In this document: in pieces, positions 27,211 to 37,009 of the stretch
How positions within the stretch are numbered: the first letter of the stretch is position 1
Layout of the letters: each line of letters begins with the position of its first letter
NCBI GenBank assembly: GCA_016218585.1
Contig: JACRDK010000031.1
Location: forward strand, 65,764 to 129,763
Reading direction: 5' to 3'
From: Candidatus Doudnabacteria bacterium
GTDB lineage: Bacteria; Patescibacteriota; Doudnabacteria; UBA920
Length of the DNA: 64,000 bases
Made by a program: the position numbers and the translations under genes
Notes under the pieces: model-generated
What the model saw: the letters and a program-made list of their open reading frames with translations, nothing else
The model's database searches: none
Told to the model about the DNA's origin: nothing

Positions 27211-27957
27211 ATGAAAAGTAAATTTTTTGTTTTGTGGTTTATGGGTTTAATAGGAGCGGCCGCGGTTCTCCCTTACGCTTTTACTTTGCAACGCGACATT
27301 ATTTCTAAAACCGGCCAGCCTCTCGCCGTAATAGTTCTGGCGTCCATTGCCCAAACTGCCGTGCTTTTGGCTGTGGCCGCCTTTTTCGGCTTAAAACTGG
27401 CAACCAGCTTAAACCTCCCCGTACTCGCGATTTTTAACCAGACGGAACAAACAAAAGAAAAACTTCCGGGATTTTTTCGCCTAACAATTTCCGCCGGAAT
27501 TATAACCGCCATTTTAATAACTCTTGGCGATAAAATATTTGGCCGCTATCTTCCCCAGCTGGCTGTGGCTAACAGCCAGGTGGCAATTTGGAAAACCTTG
27601 ATTGCCGCTCTTTACGGAGGAATAGTTGAAGAAATTTTAATGCGGCTTTTGGTAATGTCCTTGTTTGCCTGGATAATTGCCAAAATTTTTAAATCCGCCG
27701 AGCCGGTAAAAAATAATTTGCTTATGTGGTCCGCAATAATTATTTCCTCTGTTCTGTTTGGGCTTGGGCACTTACCCATAACCGCATCGCTTACCGCTAT
27801 AACACCGCTAGTTGTTGCCAGAGCAATTGTGTTAAATGGAATAGGCGGGCTTGTTTTTGGCTGGCTCTACTGGAAAAAAGGTTTGGAGTATGGAATGTTG
27901 ACGCATTTTACCGCAGATATTTTTCTGCTTGCCATTCTGCCGGCATTGTTAAAATAA
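27211..27957 (+). CDS. CPBP-family intramembrane metalloprotease (CAAX protease-like)
   Basis: EEILMRLL (EExxxR) and FGLGH motifs in a multi-TM protein. Confidence 0.7.
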   Translation: MKSKFFVLWFMGLIGAAAVLPYAFTLQRDIISKTGQPLAVIVLASIAQTAVLLAVAAFFGLKLATSLNLPVLAIFNQTEQTKEKLPGFFRLTISAGIITAILITLGDKIFGRYLPQLAVANSQVAIWKTLIAALYGGIVEEILMRLLVMSLFAWIIAKIFKSAEPVKNNLLMWSAIIISSVLFGLGHLPITASLTAITPLVVARAIVLNGIGGLVFGWLYWKKGLEYGMLTHFTADIFLLAILPALLK

Positions 27958-28112
27958 TATTATTGAGTAAAATAAAAAAACGCTCTTGCCTAATTATTCA
28001 GGCGGGCGTTTTTGCTTTTTTTGGGCATCCTAAATATTCAAAAAAACTCTTTTCCCTTGCGGTCTTTCATATGTTATACTAGGAGCAAGCTTTAGTAATT
28101 AACCCTATATAT

Positions 28113-30950
28113 ATGCGCAAAATCACAAGAAAAATGGCTAATATAATAAAAGGCCTGTCGCCTTTTATTACTCTCGTAGTCGTATTATCTCAGTTTGCCC
28201 CATTGCCTAAAATAACGCCTACGGCGCAAGCGGCATCGCCGGTTTCTGTAAACATATACACGATGTCAGGAGACGGCAGCGTTCGCTACTGGAATAACAC
28301 CAAATTTCTTGTGGCCAGAAAAGCAGCAATAGGCAGAAATGTTTCTGCCAGCGGGGTAAATTTAGCCGCCGCTTCAGAAGGCGCTACAGGCTGGAATGAT
28401 GGCACAAATTGGGTAATTACCAGAACATTCCTTCCGTTTGACACTACTTCAATTCCAGCTAACGCAATAATTGATTCTGCCGTACTTAATGTTAAAGGCA
28501 GGTCTTTTGTTAAAGGCGGGCTTGTTTCCTTAGTTGCTTCGTATCAAGTAAACACCAAGACGTTAACGGACAACGATTATGGTTCTGTTATTTTTACCAG
28601 GCAAGCAGCGGACATTGACGCCGGTGTTTTTGGAACAACCGCTTCTATGCAAGCATGGCCGTTGAACACAACGGGAATTGCCAACATTAAAAAAGGTTCT
28701 ATTACTAAATTTGCCATTGTTACGGGGAATGATTTTAGCAACGTGGAGCCGCCAACAGGTGGGGCTAACAATTTCGGTTTAGCTGATATTTCAACTTCTA
28801 GAGCAAATCAGGCGGATAAGCCGTATTTAAAAATTACTTATCACATTAACCCCTACAACACAACAACTCCAACAACAACTCCAACAACAACTCCAACAAC
28901 AACTCCAACAACAACTCCAACAACAACTCCAACAACAACTCCAACAACAACTCCAACAACAACTCCAACAACAACTCCAACAACAACTCCGCCTGTCGCT
29001 CCCCCAGTGTATCCAAAACTTGTTGTTCAATTCCAAAACCCACAGGGCTCTGCTTTTTTCACTCAACCATACCAAAACCTCTCCTTCCCCATTCCTGTTA
29101 ATGGGCAATATTTTTATTCGGTTGGCGATAACAGAACCTCGGCTATACTTTTGCGAAAAGGAATGACTATTTATGTCTGCGACTTTCAAACTTTGGGCCA
29201 AGCTAAAATGCTGCAAATGATTCAGGATATAGGCCTAAGCCCAACAGCAACATACCCTTGGTATATTGACGGCCAATTATCTGACGTTGCAAAAAAAGTT
29301 CAAGCCGCCGGATTAGAACTCAATATAAACGCATCGCAAGGAACATTTATAATTGCCCCTAATGAAGGAATGTTTTTAGTAACTTTAGGGCGCGGAGTAT
29401 TTCAAGAAAAAACCGGAATAAGTTGGGATTCAATAACAAACAGATACAACATGGGCGATGTTTTAAGCGCAGGCTTTACTAGTTCTGCCGCGGATATTTC
29501 CATGTTTATACCGGAATTAGCTTCTAAAGCATCTCTTAATATTATTAAAGATTATCCAAACGGCTCGTACTTTTTCATTAACAATGAAAAAGGAACAGCG
29601 CAACAAATAACACCGGAAGCCGCGGCTGCCCTTAGTGCCGGCAAAATACAAGTAAACTCAATTATTGGAAACTTTGACAGCAGTGTGGCCCAGAGCCTTG
29701 GCCTTACGCTGCTTTCCGGGTTTGACACAAACGCACAAAATTTTGCCACTTACGGCGATGCAAGTGAGGTAATTACCAGAACAATTTCTCCTGTAAACCC
29801 TTATGCAGCCGACCTAACATCTAGCTTAACCGGGAGTATATTTAAAGCACGTTCCTTGGCAGAGAATTTAGCTGCTGCTGGAGCAACCCCAGCACAAATT
29901 GCCGCGCTAGTTGCCGCTGCTCCTACGGCTGCACAAGCTGCCCAAGCTATTTTAGACGCCTCCGCTGGCGGCGGACAAGCCGCTTTGGCAAACGCTAACT
30001 ATATTATTACTCCGAGGCAACTAGCCATTGTAACAGGTGCTCAGTATGTTGATCCTGCGTCACTCCCCCCGGCAACTGTTGTGGCAACCAGCAGTTCAGG
30101 CTCAATCTTAAATGCACCGGAAGCAGGGTCACTGTTTTATTTACCAGACGATAATGGATTCGTATGTTATATTACGACTTGTCATATAGCAAGCACTGAT
30201 TGGACTGGCATTGGCGGAATCCCTCTGCCAATAGTTCCTAACTATTTTTTGACCTGGAATAAGCCGTTTGTTAACTTAGGGACCAACATATTTTCTACAA
30301 CGGCAATAGCCAACAGCACTGCCATAGTATCCGAAGCTGTAAGACTAAATATCCTTAAACAAGTTGAAGCCCAACCAAAATTAATTTATAACAATACTCA
30401 AGTTATTTCTCCAGACAAATGGTACTATCAGAAAGACCCTTACATTTTGAGCAACTACCCAAATACAACTTTGGGGCCTGATGAATACTGCCTAATAACA
30501 AGCGGAGTAATTGCTGGATATTCGATGGTTAAATCTACAACCAGCTCAGTTGTTTCGAGCGGCTCAATTTTGATGGCAAATCTAGAAAATGGCTCGTGGA
30601 CCACCAGTTCATCTGCTTTGCGTGGTATTCAAGAAATCAATAGCAGTCTGGCGGCAGGCATACCAATTATTGTCGGTGTTAACAGATTTAACCAGCCTGT
30701 AGCAAATGGAAAAGTAAGCAATGCAACAGAACACTGGGTTGTAATTGTCGGCTCCTCAGTTGCCCCTGATGGATCTCAATACTACAGATTCTATGATGCC
30801 GGCACAAGTCAAAAAGATAAAGGCACGTCTGACCAAGCGAAATTATTTATAAACAACCTTACTCTAAGACTTACTGGAAAGCGCCAATATATTACAAACG
30901 ACCACCCAGAAGAAGTCACATACACAGTTACGGAAGTTTTACTCCGCTAG
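28113..30950 (+). CDS. large secreted/anchored hypothetical protein (945 aa) with (TTTP)n linker
   Basis: N-terminal signal anchor; Thr/Pro linker; no recognised catalytic motifs. Confidence 0.6.
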   Translation: MRKITRKMANIIKGLSPFITLVVVLSQFAPLPKITPTAQAASPVSVNIYTMSGDGSVRYWNNTKFLVARKAAIGRNVSASGVNLAAASEGATGWNDGTNWVITRTFLPFDTTSIPANAIIDSAVLNVKGRSFVKGGLVSLVASYQVNTKTLTDNDYGSVIFTRQAADIDAGVFGTTASMQAWPLNTTGIANIKKGSITKFAIVTGNDFSNVEPPTGGANNFGLADISTSRANQADKPYLKITYHINPYNTTTPTTTPTTTPTTTPTTTPTTTPTTTPTTTPTTTPTTTPTTTPPVAPPVYPKLVVQFQNPQGSAFFTQPYQNLSFPIPVNGQYFYSVGDNRTSAILLRKGMTIYVCDFQTLGQAKMLQMIQDIGLSPTATYPWYIDGQLSDVAKKVQAAGLELNINASQGTFIIAPNEGMFLVTLGRGVFQEKTGISWDSITNRYNMGDVLSAGFTSSAADISMFIPELASKASLNIIKDYPNGSYFFINNEKGTAQQITPEAAAALSAGKIQVNSIIGNFDSSVAQSLGLTLLSGFDTNAQNFATYGDASEVITRTISPVNPYAADLTSSLTGSIFKARSLAENLAAAGATPAQIAALVAAAPTAAQAAQAILDASAGGGQAALANANYIITPRQLAIVTGAQYVDPASLPPATVVATSSSGSILNAPEAGSLFYLPDDNGFVCYITTCHIASTDWTGIGGIPLPIVPNYFLTWNKPFVNLGTNIFSTTAIANSTAIVSEAVRLNILKQVEAQPKLIYNNTQVISPDKWYYQKDPYILSNYPNTTLGPDEYCLITSGVIAGYSMVKSTTSSVVSSGSILMANLENGSWTTSSSALRGIQEINSSLAAGIPIIVGVNRFNQPVANGKVSNATEHWVVIVGSSVAPDGSQYYRFYDAGTSQKDKGTSDQAKLFINNLTLRLTGKRQYITNDHPEEVTYTVTEVLLR
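28857..28990 (+). repeat. perfect 12-bp tandem repeat (ACAACAACTCCA)x11, encoding (TTTP)n
   Basis: Directly visible in sequence. Confidence 0.9.
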
Positions 30951-30962
30951 CCGTAAAAATTT

Positions 30963-31002
30963 AAAAAACGCTCCTTAAAATAATTTAAAGGGAGCGTTTT
31001 TT
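30963..31002. terminator. bidirectional terminator (AAAAAACGCTCCTT..AAGGGAGCGTTTTTT)
   Basis: Perfect stem, between convergent genes. Confidence 0.65.
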
Positions 31003-31005
31003 ATT

Positions 31006-31704
31006 TTACTTTTGTTGGTGTTCTAATAGCTCATTAACAGTTAACAGGTTATAGCCTTGTTCTTTTAGTCCGGCTATTACTTTAGGGATAGCTTCCAAAT
31101 CTGACCGGTTATACATTGGATGCAAAATAATTATGGAACCAGGACTTACGTTGTCTAAAACATATTTGGCAATTTGGTCGGAACTTTTGTTACTGTCTAC
31201 TTCTATATTCCACATTATAGTTTTCATCCCCAACTTATTTGCGTACCAGGGAAGAAATAGCAGCTTCTTGCCGTAAGGCGGGCGAAAATTTATTACTCCG
31301 GCAAAACCGGTTTTCCTAATTTCTTCATTTGTTTTTCCCAGCTCGCTGCTAATAAATGATGGGCTTTTAAACACCATCCGCTGGTGCGTATAAGAATGAT
31401 TGCCAAGTTCGCTCCCTTGTTCAAAAATTGCTTTGCCGAGCTCGGGATTTTTTTCCAATGATTCGCCGACCACAAAAAAAGTTGCTTTAACATTTTGCTC
31501 TGACAAATATTTTAAAATCTCCGGCGTATTAGCGGTTGGTCCGTCGTCAAAAGTTAGGGCCACAATTTTTTCGGTGGTGTTAACTTTGGCGGTTAAGTTG
31601 CCAAAGACCTGAGAGGTTCTGGCATTCATCCAAAAATATAAAACCGCAGCAGTAAAAGTTAAACAAAGCAGAATTATAAATACAATCTTAAGAAATTTCT
31701 TCAT
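31006..31704 (-). CDS. polysaccharide deacetylase (NodB homology) family protein, membrane-anchored
   Basis: VALTFDDGP motif, N-terminal TM. Confidence 0.7.
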   Translation of the reverse strand: MKKFLKIVFIILLCLTFTAAVLYFWMNARTSQVFGNLTAKVNTTEKIVALTFDDGPTANTPEILKYLSEQNVKATFFVVGESLEKNPELGKAIFEQGSELGNHSYTHQRMVFKSPSFISSELGKTNEEIRKTGFAGVINFRPPYGKKLLFLPWYANKLGMKTIMWNIEVDSNKSSDQIAKYVLDNVSPGSIIILHPMYNRSDLEAIPKVIAGLKEQGYNLLTVNELLEHQQK

Positions 31705-32078
31705 AAACCAATTATATACTCATATAAAAATTATTACTACCAGCGCGGCGGCGGCCGGAAGTAAGCTTTAAATCTCTATATTTTTGTGTATAAATATGCC
31801 AAAAACATTGATTTTTTAACAAAAAATGAGGTTACAATAATAAAAAAAGTAGTGTATGATAAAATTAAATATTGGCATTCCGGAAACAAAGCCACAAAAT
31901 TAAATAATCTATATGAACCACCTTCACCATTGGCTAGAGCAGCATTTGGATTGGTATAAAAAATGGCACCAGTCCCCATACTCTAATAGCCTCCATATGA
32001 TAATTTTTCTGCTAATGGCCGCGATTGATATTTGGTTAGTCAACCGGCTCATTAACGCAGTTTCATTAGTAACCCATT

Positions 32079-33308
32079 ATGCCTATGCCATACGTTAAAG
32101 AGCGTCTTTCTTCCCGAGCTGCGGGCTTGGAAAGAAAAAAGAACGCCTCAGGTTTCACGCTTATTGAACTTCTGGTGGTAATCGCGATTTTAGGATTGCT
32201 TGCCTCCGTGGTTTTAGTTTCCACCAACAGCGCAAGAATAAAAGCCCGCGACGCAAAACGCGCCGCCGACTTTAGCCAACTGTCTAAAGCTTTGGAACTC
32301 TATTATAGCAATCATAACCAGTACCCCACTCTCACGGTCTCCATAGACAACTGCTGGGTAGACAATAGCTGCGACAGTAAAATGGACATTAACTGGACCG
32401 GAATGATAAACGCGCTGCGTTCCGATAAAGTTTTAGCGGAAGAAAAATTTGAAAGCTTCCCAGACGATGGTTTTATGTTCACTGAAAAAGTTAAGGCAGC
32501 AGGCGCGGCAATACAAGACCCGCGCTATCCCGCCCAACGGTACGGCTATATGGTGTCGGCAACCCCGCTTAACCAAAATTATCGTATGCGAGCCATGCTG
32601 GAAGAATTAAAAAACCCAATCCTTAATAGCGGGGTAAAAGGCTCGTTTATGTTTTATGATGAAAACGAAACTACCGACCCTTCTGTTTCGTGTTCTCCGG
32701 CAATTGGTTATTATTGCGTTGGGCCTTCCAGCAGCAGCTTTACCACCTTCTATCCCGGCAAGCCTGTAATTTACCTTTACCCGACTTATGCCCAAAATGT
32801 TACTGTGAAAGTTTTTCCAAAAACAATTACAGATTCCGTACCGGCTTACGGCGATGGCTGGAAAGTTTTTGCCCATCCGAACGGGCGCCTGACAAACTTA
32901 AGCGACGGACAAACCTACCCCTACTTGTTCTGGGATGGAATCTCAGGCAAGCCAACTGTTAACACAAATAAAGGTTTTGTGGTAAAAGAAGCGGACATAA
33001 AATCATTTTTAGCTGACAGCTTAAAAAAACAGGGATTAATTGAAAATGAAGCTAATGAGTTTATTGAATACTGGGCTCCATTAATGAGCGGTAAGCCATA
33101 CGTTTATGTTTACTTCATGCCGCAACCGGATTATGACAAACTCGTTCCTATGGAGATTGAACCAAAACCCGAAACTCTAATTCGCGTATATATGTTGTTC
33201 AAAAAACTAGAAACTTACGTTGAAGTTCAACCTCAAGAATTCAACCCGCCAAAACGCCGCGGTTTTACGGCTGTAGAATGGGGCGGCGACAGAAGCCAGC
33301 TCCGCTAA
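32079..33308 (+). CDS. type IV pilin-like protein with large C-terminal domain
   Basis: Prepilin leader then GFTLIELLVVIAILGLLASVV (N-methylation motif). Confidence 0.7.
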   Translation: MPMPYVKERLSSRAAGLERKKNASGFTLIELLVVIAILGLLASVVLVSTNSARIKARDAKRAADFSQLSKALELYYSNHNQYPTLTVSIDNCWVDNSCDSKMDINWTGMINALRSDKVLAEEKFESFPDDGFMFTEKVKAAGAAIQDPRYPAQRYGYMVSATPLNQNYRMRAMLEELKNPILNSGVKGSFMFYDENETTDPSVSCSPAIGYYCVGPSSSSFTTFYPGKPVIYLYPTYAQNVTVKVFPKTITDSVPAYGDGWKVFAHPNGRLTNLSDGQTYPYLFWDGISGKPTVNTNKGFVVKEADIKSFLADSLKKQGLIENEANEFIEYWAPLMSGKPYVYVYFMPQPDYDKLVPMEIEPKPETLIRVYMLFKKLETYVEVQPQEFNPPKRRGFTAVEWGGDRSQLR

Positions 33309-33316
33309 ATATAAAC

Positions 33317-33346
33317 AAAACCCCAGACAGTTTGTTTGGGGTTTTT
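33317..33346 (+). terminator. rho-independent terminator (AAAACCCCAGAC..GTTTGGGGTTTTT)
   Basis: Stem plus T-run. Confidence 0.6.
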
Positions 33347-33434
33347 AATTATGTTTTTTATTTTAATGCCGAAACAAACATATTATTTTATCGTTATAAA
33401 TATATAATTAACCTGGTAAGGAGGTGCTTTATTT

Positions 33435-33617
33435 ATGCCAAAATATGGAAAACTTGCCCAGACTAAGGTTAAACGAGCTCTTCATGAAATGAAGAGAGGG
33501 AAACTAAAAAGCGGCCGCAGCGGTAAAGCCGTACGAAACCCAAAACAGGCCATTGCCATTGGGCTTTCGGAAGCAAAAAAAGCCGGCGGCAAAGTCCCAA
33601 AAAAATCACGGGGATGA
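33435..33617 (+). CDS. small basic hypothetical protein (60 aa, Lys-rich)
   Basis: SD-like GGAGG upstream. Confidence 0.4.
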   Translation: MPKYGKLAQTKVKRALHEMKRGKLKSGRSGKAVRNPKQAIAIGLSEAKKAGGKVPKKSRG

Positions 33618-33649
33618 AAAAAATATTTAATAATTAAAAATAAAAATAT

Positions 33650-33889
33650 ATGGGTATTATACTTTGGATAATTTTTGGAGGGTTAGTTGGTTGGATAGCC
33701 TCCTCTATGACAGGCGCAGGCGGCGGAGCAATTATGAATATTGTTTTAGGGATAGTGGGGGCAATAATTGGCGGTTGGATAATGAGTTACTTTGGCAAAA
33801 CCGGAGTAACCGGTTTTAACCTCTACAGCTTTCTGGTTGCGCTGCTCGGGGCTGTGGTACTTATTAGCATTGTCAGGCTTTTTAGCTAA
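33650..33889 (+). CDS. GlsB/YeaQ/YmgE-family stress membrane protein
   Basis: Gly-zipper TM helices GGLVGWIASSMTGAGGGAIMNIVLGIVGAIIGGWI. Confidence 0.7.
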   Translation: MGIILWIIFGGLVGWIASSMTGAGGGAIMNIVLGIVGAIIGGWIMSYFGKTGVTGFNLYSFLVALLGAVVLISIVRLFS

Positions 33890-33980
33890 GTCGCTCAAAC
33901 TAAAAACAAACCATCGGCAAATGCCGGTGGTTTGTTAAGCTTATGATATAATTAAGCAAACAATTTATTATATTGAACCT

Positions 33981-34892
33981 ATGAAAAAAATAACCCCTCA
34001 CTTATGGTTTGACAAGGAAGCAAAGGAAGCGGCAAATTTTTATGCCAGCGTCTTCCCGGATTCAAAAATTACTTACAATTCAACCCTGCACGAAACGCCT
34101 ACCGACACGGGAGACACCGACGTTGTTTCTTTTGAAATCTCCGGCCAGCCGTTTATGGCAATTAGCGCCGGACCCGTATTCAAACTGAATCCTTCAATTT
34201 CTTTTTTTGTAAACTTCGACCCAGCCAAAGACAGCTCAGCCAAAGAACATTTAACCGAACTTTGGGAAAAACTTTCCCAGGGCGGCACGGCTTTAATGGG
34301 TTTAGACAAATATCCTTTTAGCGAACTCTACGGCTGGATCCAGGACAAATACGGAGTCTCCTGGCAATTAATGCTTACTAACCCATCCGGAGAAGAACGT
34401 CCTTTTATTATTCCTTCCTTGCTGTTTACCGGCGCGGTCGCAGGACGTGCGGAAGAGGCTATAAAATTTTACACCTCAATTTTTAAAGACGGCAAAATCG
34501 GCACTCTCGCCCGTTATGGAAAAGGAATGGAGCCGGACAAAGAAGGCAGTTTAATGTTTGCGGACTTTAATATTATGAGCACCTGGCTGGCGGCTATGGA
34601 CAGCGCGCACGACCATAAGTTTAATTTTAACGAAGCCATTTCACTGCTTGTCCCCTGCGAAAGCCAGGAAGAAATAGATTACTACTGGGAAAAACTTTCG
34701 GCCGACCCCGCGGCGGAGCAATGCGGCTGGCTAAAAGATAAGTTCGGCGTTTCCTGGCAAGTCTGGCCAACGGCTATGGGAGAAATGATGTCTAAAGGCA
34801 CGCCCGAACAAATCGCCCGGGTAACCAAAGCCTTTATGCCAATGAAAAAGTTTAACCTGGAAGAACTGCAAAAAGCCTTTGACGGGAAATAA
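33981..34892 (+). CDS. tandem VOC/PhnB-like (glyoxalase-fold) domain protein
   Basis: Two copies of the same signature as 17408..17830. Confidence 0.55.
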   Translation: MKKITPHLWFDKEAKEAANFYASVFPDSKITYNSTLHETPTDTGDTDVVSFEISGQPFMAISAGPVFKLNPSISFFVNFDPAKDSSAKEHLTELWEKLSQGGTALMGLDKYPFSELYGWIQDKYGVSWQLMLTNPSGEERPFIIPSLLFTGAVAGRAEEAIKFYTSIFKDGKIGTLARYGKGMEPDKEGSLMFADFNIMSTWLAAMDSAHDHKFNFNEAISLLVPCESQEEIDYYWEKLSADPAAEQCGWLKDKFGVSWQVWPTAMGEMMSKGTPEQIARVTKAFMPMKKFNLEELQKAFDGK

Positions 34893-34907
34893 AACACGGT
34901 TTTATAC

Positions 34908-34938
34908 AAAAAGCCTAAAATACTTAGGCTTTTTTGTT
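34908..34938 (+). terminator. rho-independent terminator
   Basis: AAAAAGCCTAAAATACTTAGGCTTTTTTG. Confidence 0.6.
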
Positions 34939-35008
34939 TTATCTGCGCGCTACCAAATAACAAGTCTGTTATATAAACAACAAATTGGCAAAGTGCTATA
35001 ATTTAGCT

Positions 35009-36061
35009 ATGAAAAATATAAATTGGCAAAAAGTAGTTACTCGGGAATTCTCATTTTTATGGGCCTCATATACAGCGGAGGCTTATCGAGTCATGCAAAA
35101 ACTGACAGGGACAACACTTAAATTCAACCTCTTTTATACGGAAGGCAGGACGCTTACCATATACCGCGACCCAAAAGATGTTGCCAAATCATATAGGCTT
35201 ATTGAGAAACTTACAAAATCCAATCCCCAAAAAGCTTTGGAAAATATGGATAATTTTGAAAATTATTTTGAGGAAGGAATAAATCTTTTTAAAAAAATTA
35301 CTAATTCAACCAACAACAAGAATCAAATAGCTAAAATGCTTTTAGAATTTGATAAAACTTTTGTAAAGATTATTAGCTATTATTTATTTGTTGTATTTTT
35401 AGGATATGCTGGGGATTCGCCGGCTAATAAAAGATTTATCAGCCTAAACAAAACTCAATTTGAGAGGATAAGGATGTCAACCATGGATGCTGATTTTCAT
35501 ATTTTTTTACCGAAAGCATTTTCAAAATTCAACAACAAATTAAAAAACAATGCTCTATTTATGACGCGCGATGAGTTAATTGGCGCATTAAATAAAAAAG
35601 TTGTCTCGTGGCCTAAAGTAAAGCATAGAAAAAAGAATGCTTTAATAATAGTAAAAGATAGCAAAGAAAAAGAGATTCAATCCAGCAAAATTATATTCAC
35701 GTTAAAAAAAGAACTGTCGCATCTTCGTTTTAATAAACACGCAAAAATCATTAAAGGGGCAGTTGCGTACAAAGGGTTAATTAAAGGACGGGTAATAAAA
35801 ATTTCAAAAAAAAGCGAGTACAACCTAATTTCCAAAGGGGATATTTTAGTTATCTCAATGACCAAGCCGGATATCATCCCCTATTTAAAAAAGGTAAAGG
35901 GTATAATTACCAATGACGGCGGAGCATTATCACATGCGTCAATACTTTCCAGGGAGCTTAAAATTCCTTGTATTGTTGGAACAATGTACGCCACAGATAT
36001 TTTAAACAGCGGCGATTTAGTTGTTCTGGACGCAAACACCGGGATTATCAAAAAACTTTAA
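35009..36061 (+). CDS. PEP-utilizing-enzyme mobile (swivel His) domain protein
   Basis: C-terminal ILVISMTKPDIIPYLKKVKGIITNDGGALSHASILSRELKIPCIVG; ATG 35009 preferred over TTG 34985; TATAAT at 34996. Confidence 0.6.
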   Translation: MKNINWQKVVTREFSFLWASYTAEAYRVMQKLTGTTLKFNLFYTEGRTLTIYRDPKDVAKSYRLIEKLTKSNPQKALENMDNFENYFEEGINLFKKITNSTNNKNQIAKMLLEFDKTFVKIISYYLFVVFLGYAGDSPANKRFISLNKTQFERIRMSTMDADFHIFLPKAFSKFNNKLKNNALFMTRDELIGALNKKVVSWPKVKHRKKNALIIVKDSKEKEIQSSKIIFTLKKELSHLRFNKHAKIIKGAVAYKGLIKGRVIKISKKSEYNLISKGDILVISMTKPDIIPYLKKVKGIITNDGGALSHASILSRELKIPCIVGTMYATDILNSGDLVVLDANTGIIKKL

Positions 36062-36063
36062 TT

Positions 36064-36933
36064 ATGCATTTTTCCGAATTCATAACAATCAAAAGGCGGA
36101 AATTTAAACTTGTTAAAGTTCGCCAATATCAGGACGTAGGAATTTACTGCTATAAAAACTCATTTTGTAGGATTGGTAATGCCGAAGAAATTAACAGGGA
36201 AATTATTAAGCATAACCAAATTTCTTCCCATAATTTTCCCATGGCAAAAATACTTGAGCAGGGCAAATTTAAAAACCAGGCGTACTATATAGAAAGCTCT
36301 TTAGGTAAAAAGCATTTTGGGGAAATTTTTGCCGAAGAGGCAAAGCATCATAAAAAAATCTCCGACAAAACTTTTGACGAATTTTTAAAGATTACTATTC
36401 GGTTCGCCATAGCACAGTTAAGCAGTAAAAAAACCGGCGGGAACTTCCCGGCTTTTGGCAAAGCTATCCATCTAAATGTATTAGCCAAAGAACTTCCGGC
36501 CTACAAAAACAAAATCCTTGGTAAATTTGTCGAAGCTAAAACAAAACTGCAAATTTATCCGTTTGTGTTAACCCACGGAGATTTTAACCCATACAATCTT
36601 TACAAAAAAGGCGTAATAGATTTTGAGCATTTGCATTACGGGCCAGCAGGTTATGACTTAGTAACCAATATTTTTACCGTGTCTTATTTTCCTAAAACCG
36701 GCCGCTATGAATTTATAGCTAAGTATAACTTTAGTAAACACCAAATAAAAAAATATCTTAACGCCTTGGATTCTTTATACCAAAGCCACGGTCTGCCAAA
36801 AATTTCCAGCAATTATAAATACTTTGGTTTTTGCCGCGCAATTTTGCAAACAGTCAGAATGCAAAAATTTCCTAAAATCCAAGAATACAGATACAAAAAA
36901 TTTATAAAAATGTATCTCAAACAAAATAGATAA
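36064..36933 (+). CDS. aminoglycoside-phosphotransferase/choline-kinase-fold kinase (APH family)
   Basis: THGDFNPYN (HGDxxxxN catalytic loop); start 2 nt after the previous stop. Confidence 0.55.
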   Translation: MHFSEFITIKRRKFKLVKVRQYQDVGIYCYKNSFCRIGNAEEINREIIKHNQISSHNFPMAKILEQGKFKNQAYYIESSLGKKHFGEIFAEEAKHHKKISDKTFDEFLKITIRFAIAQLSSKKTGGNFPAFGKAIHLNVLAKELPAYKNKILGKFVEAKTKLQIYPFVLTHGDFNPYNLYKKGVIDFEHLHYGPAGYDLVTNIFTVSYFPKTGRYEFIAKYNFSKHQIKKYLNALDSLYQSHGLPKISSNYKYFGFCRAILQTVRMQKFPKIQEYRYKKFIKMYLKQNR

Positions 36934-37009
36934 CTAAGTCATGGCCAAAGACCTCGCGTAAAGTTAAGAAAAATGCTACTATTATTAAACAATTAATAAC
37001 CATAAGAAA

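Noticed and set aside
28827-29216. 129-aa minus-strand ORF with CCWS repeats and a CRISPR-like regular repeat appearance
   Set aside because: Frame artefact of the in-frame (TTTP)n 12-bp tandem repeat of the 945-aa protein. There are no spacers, so this is coding microsatellite and not CRISPR.
31913-32098. 61-aa plus ORF overlapping the pilin gene start
   Set aside because: His/Trp-rich, overlaps the pilin start by 20 nt out of frame, and has no SD. It is possibly a real micro-ORF but unsupported.
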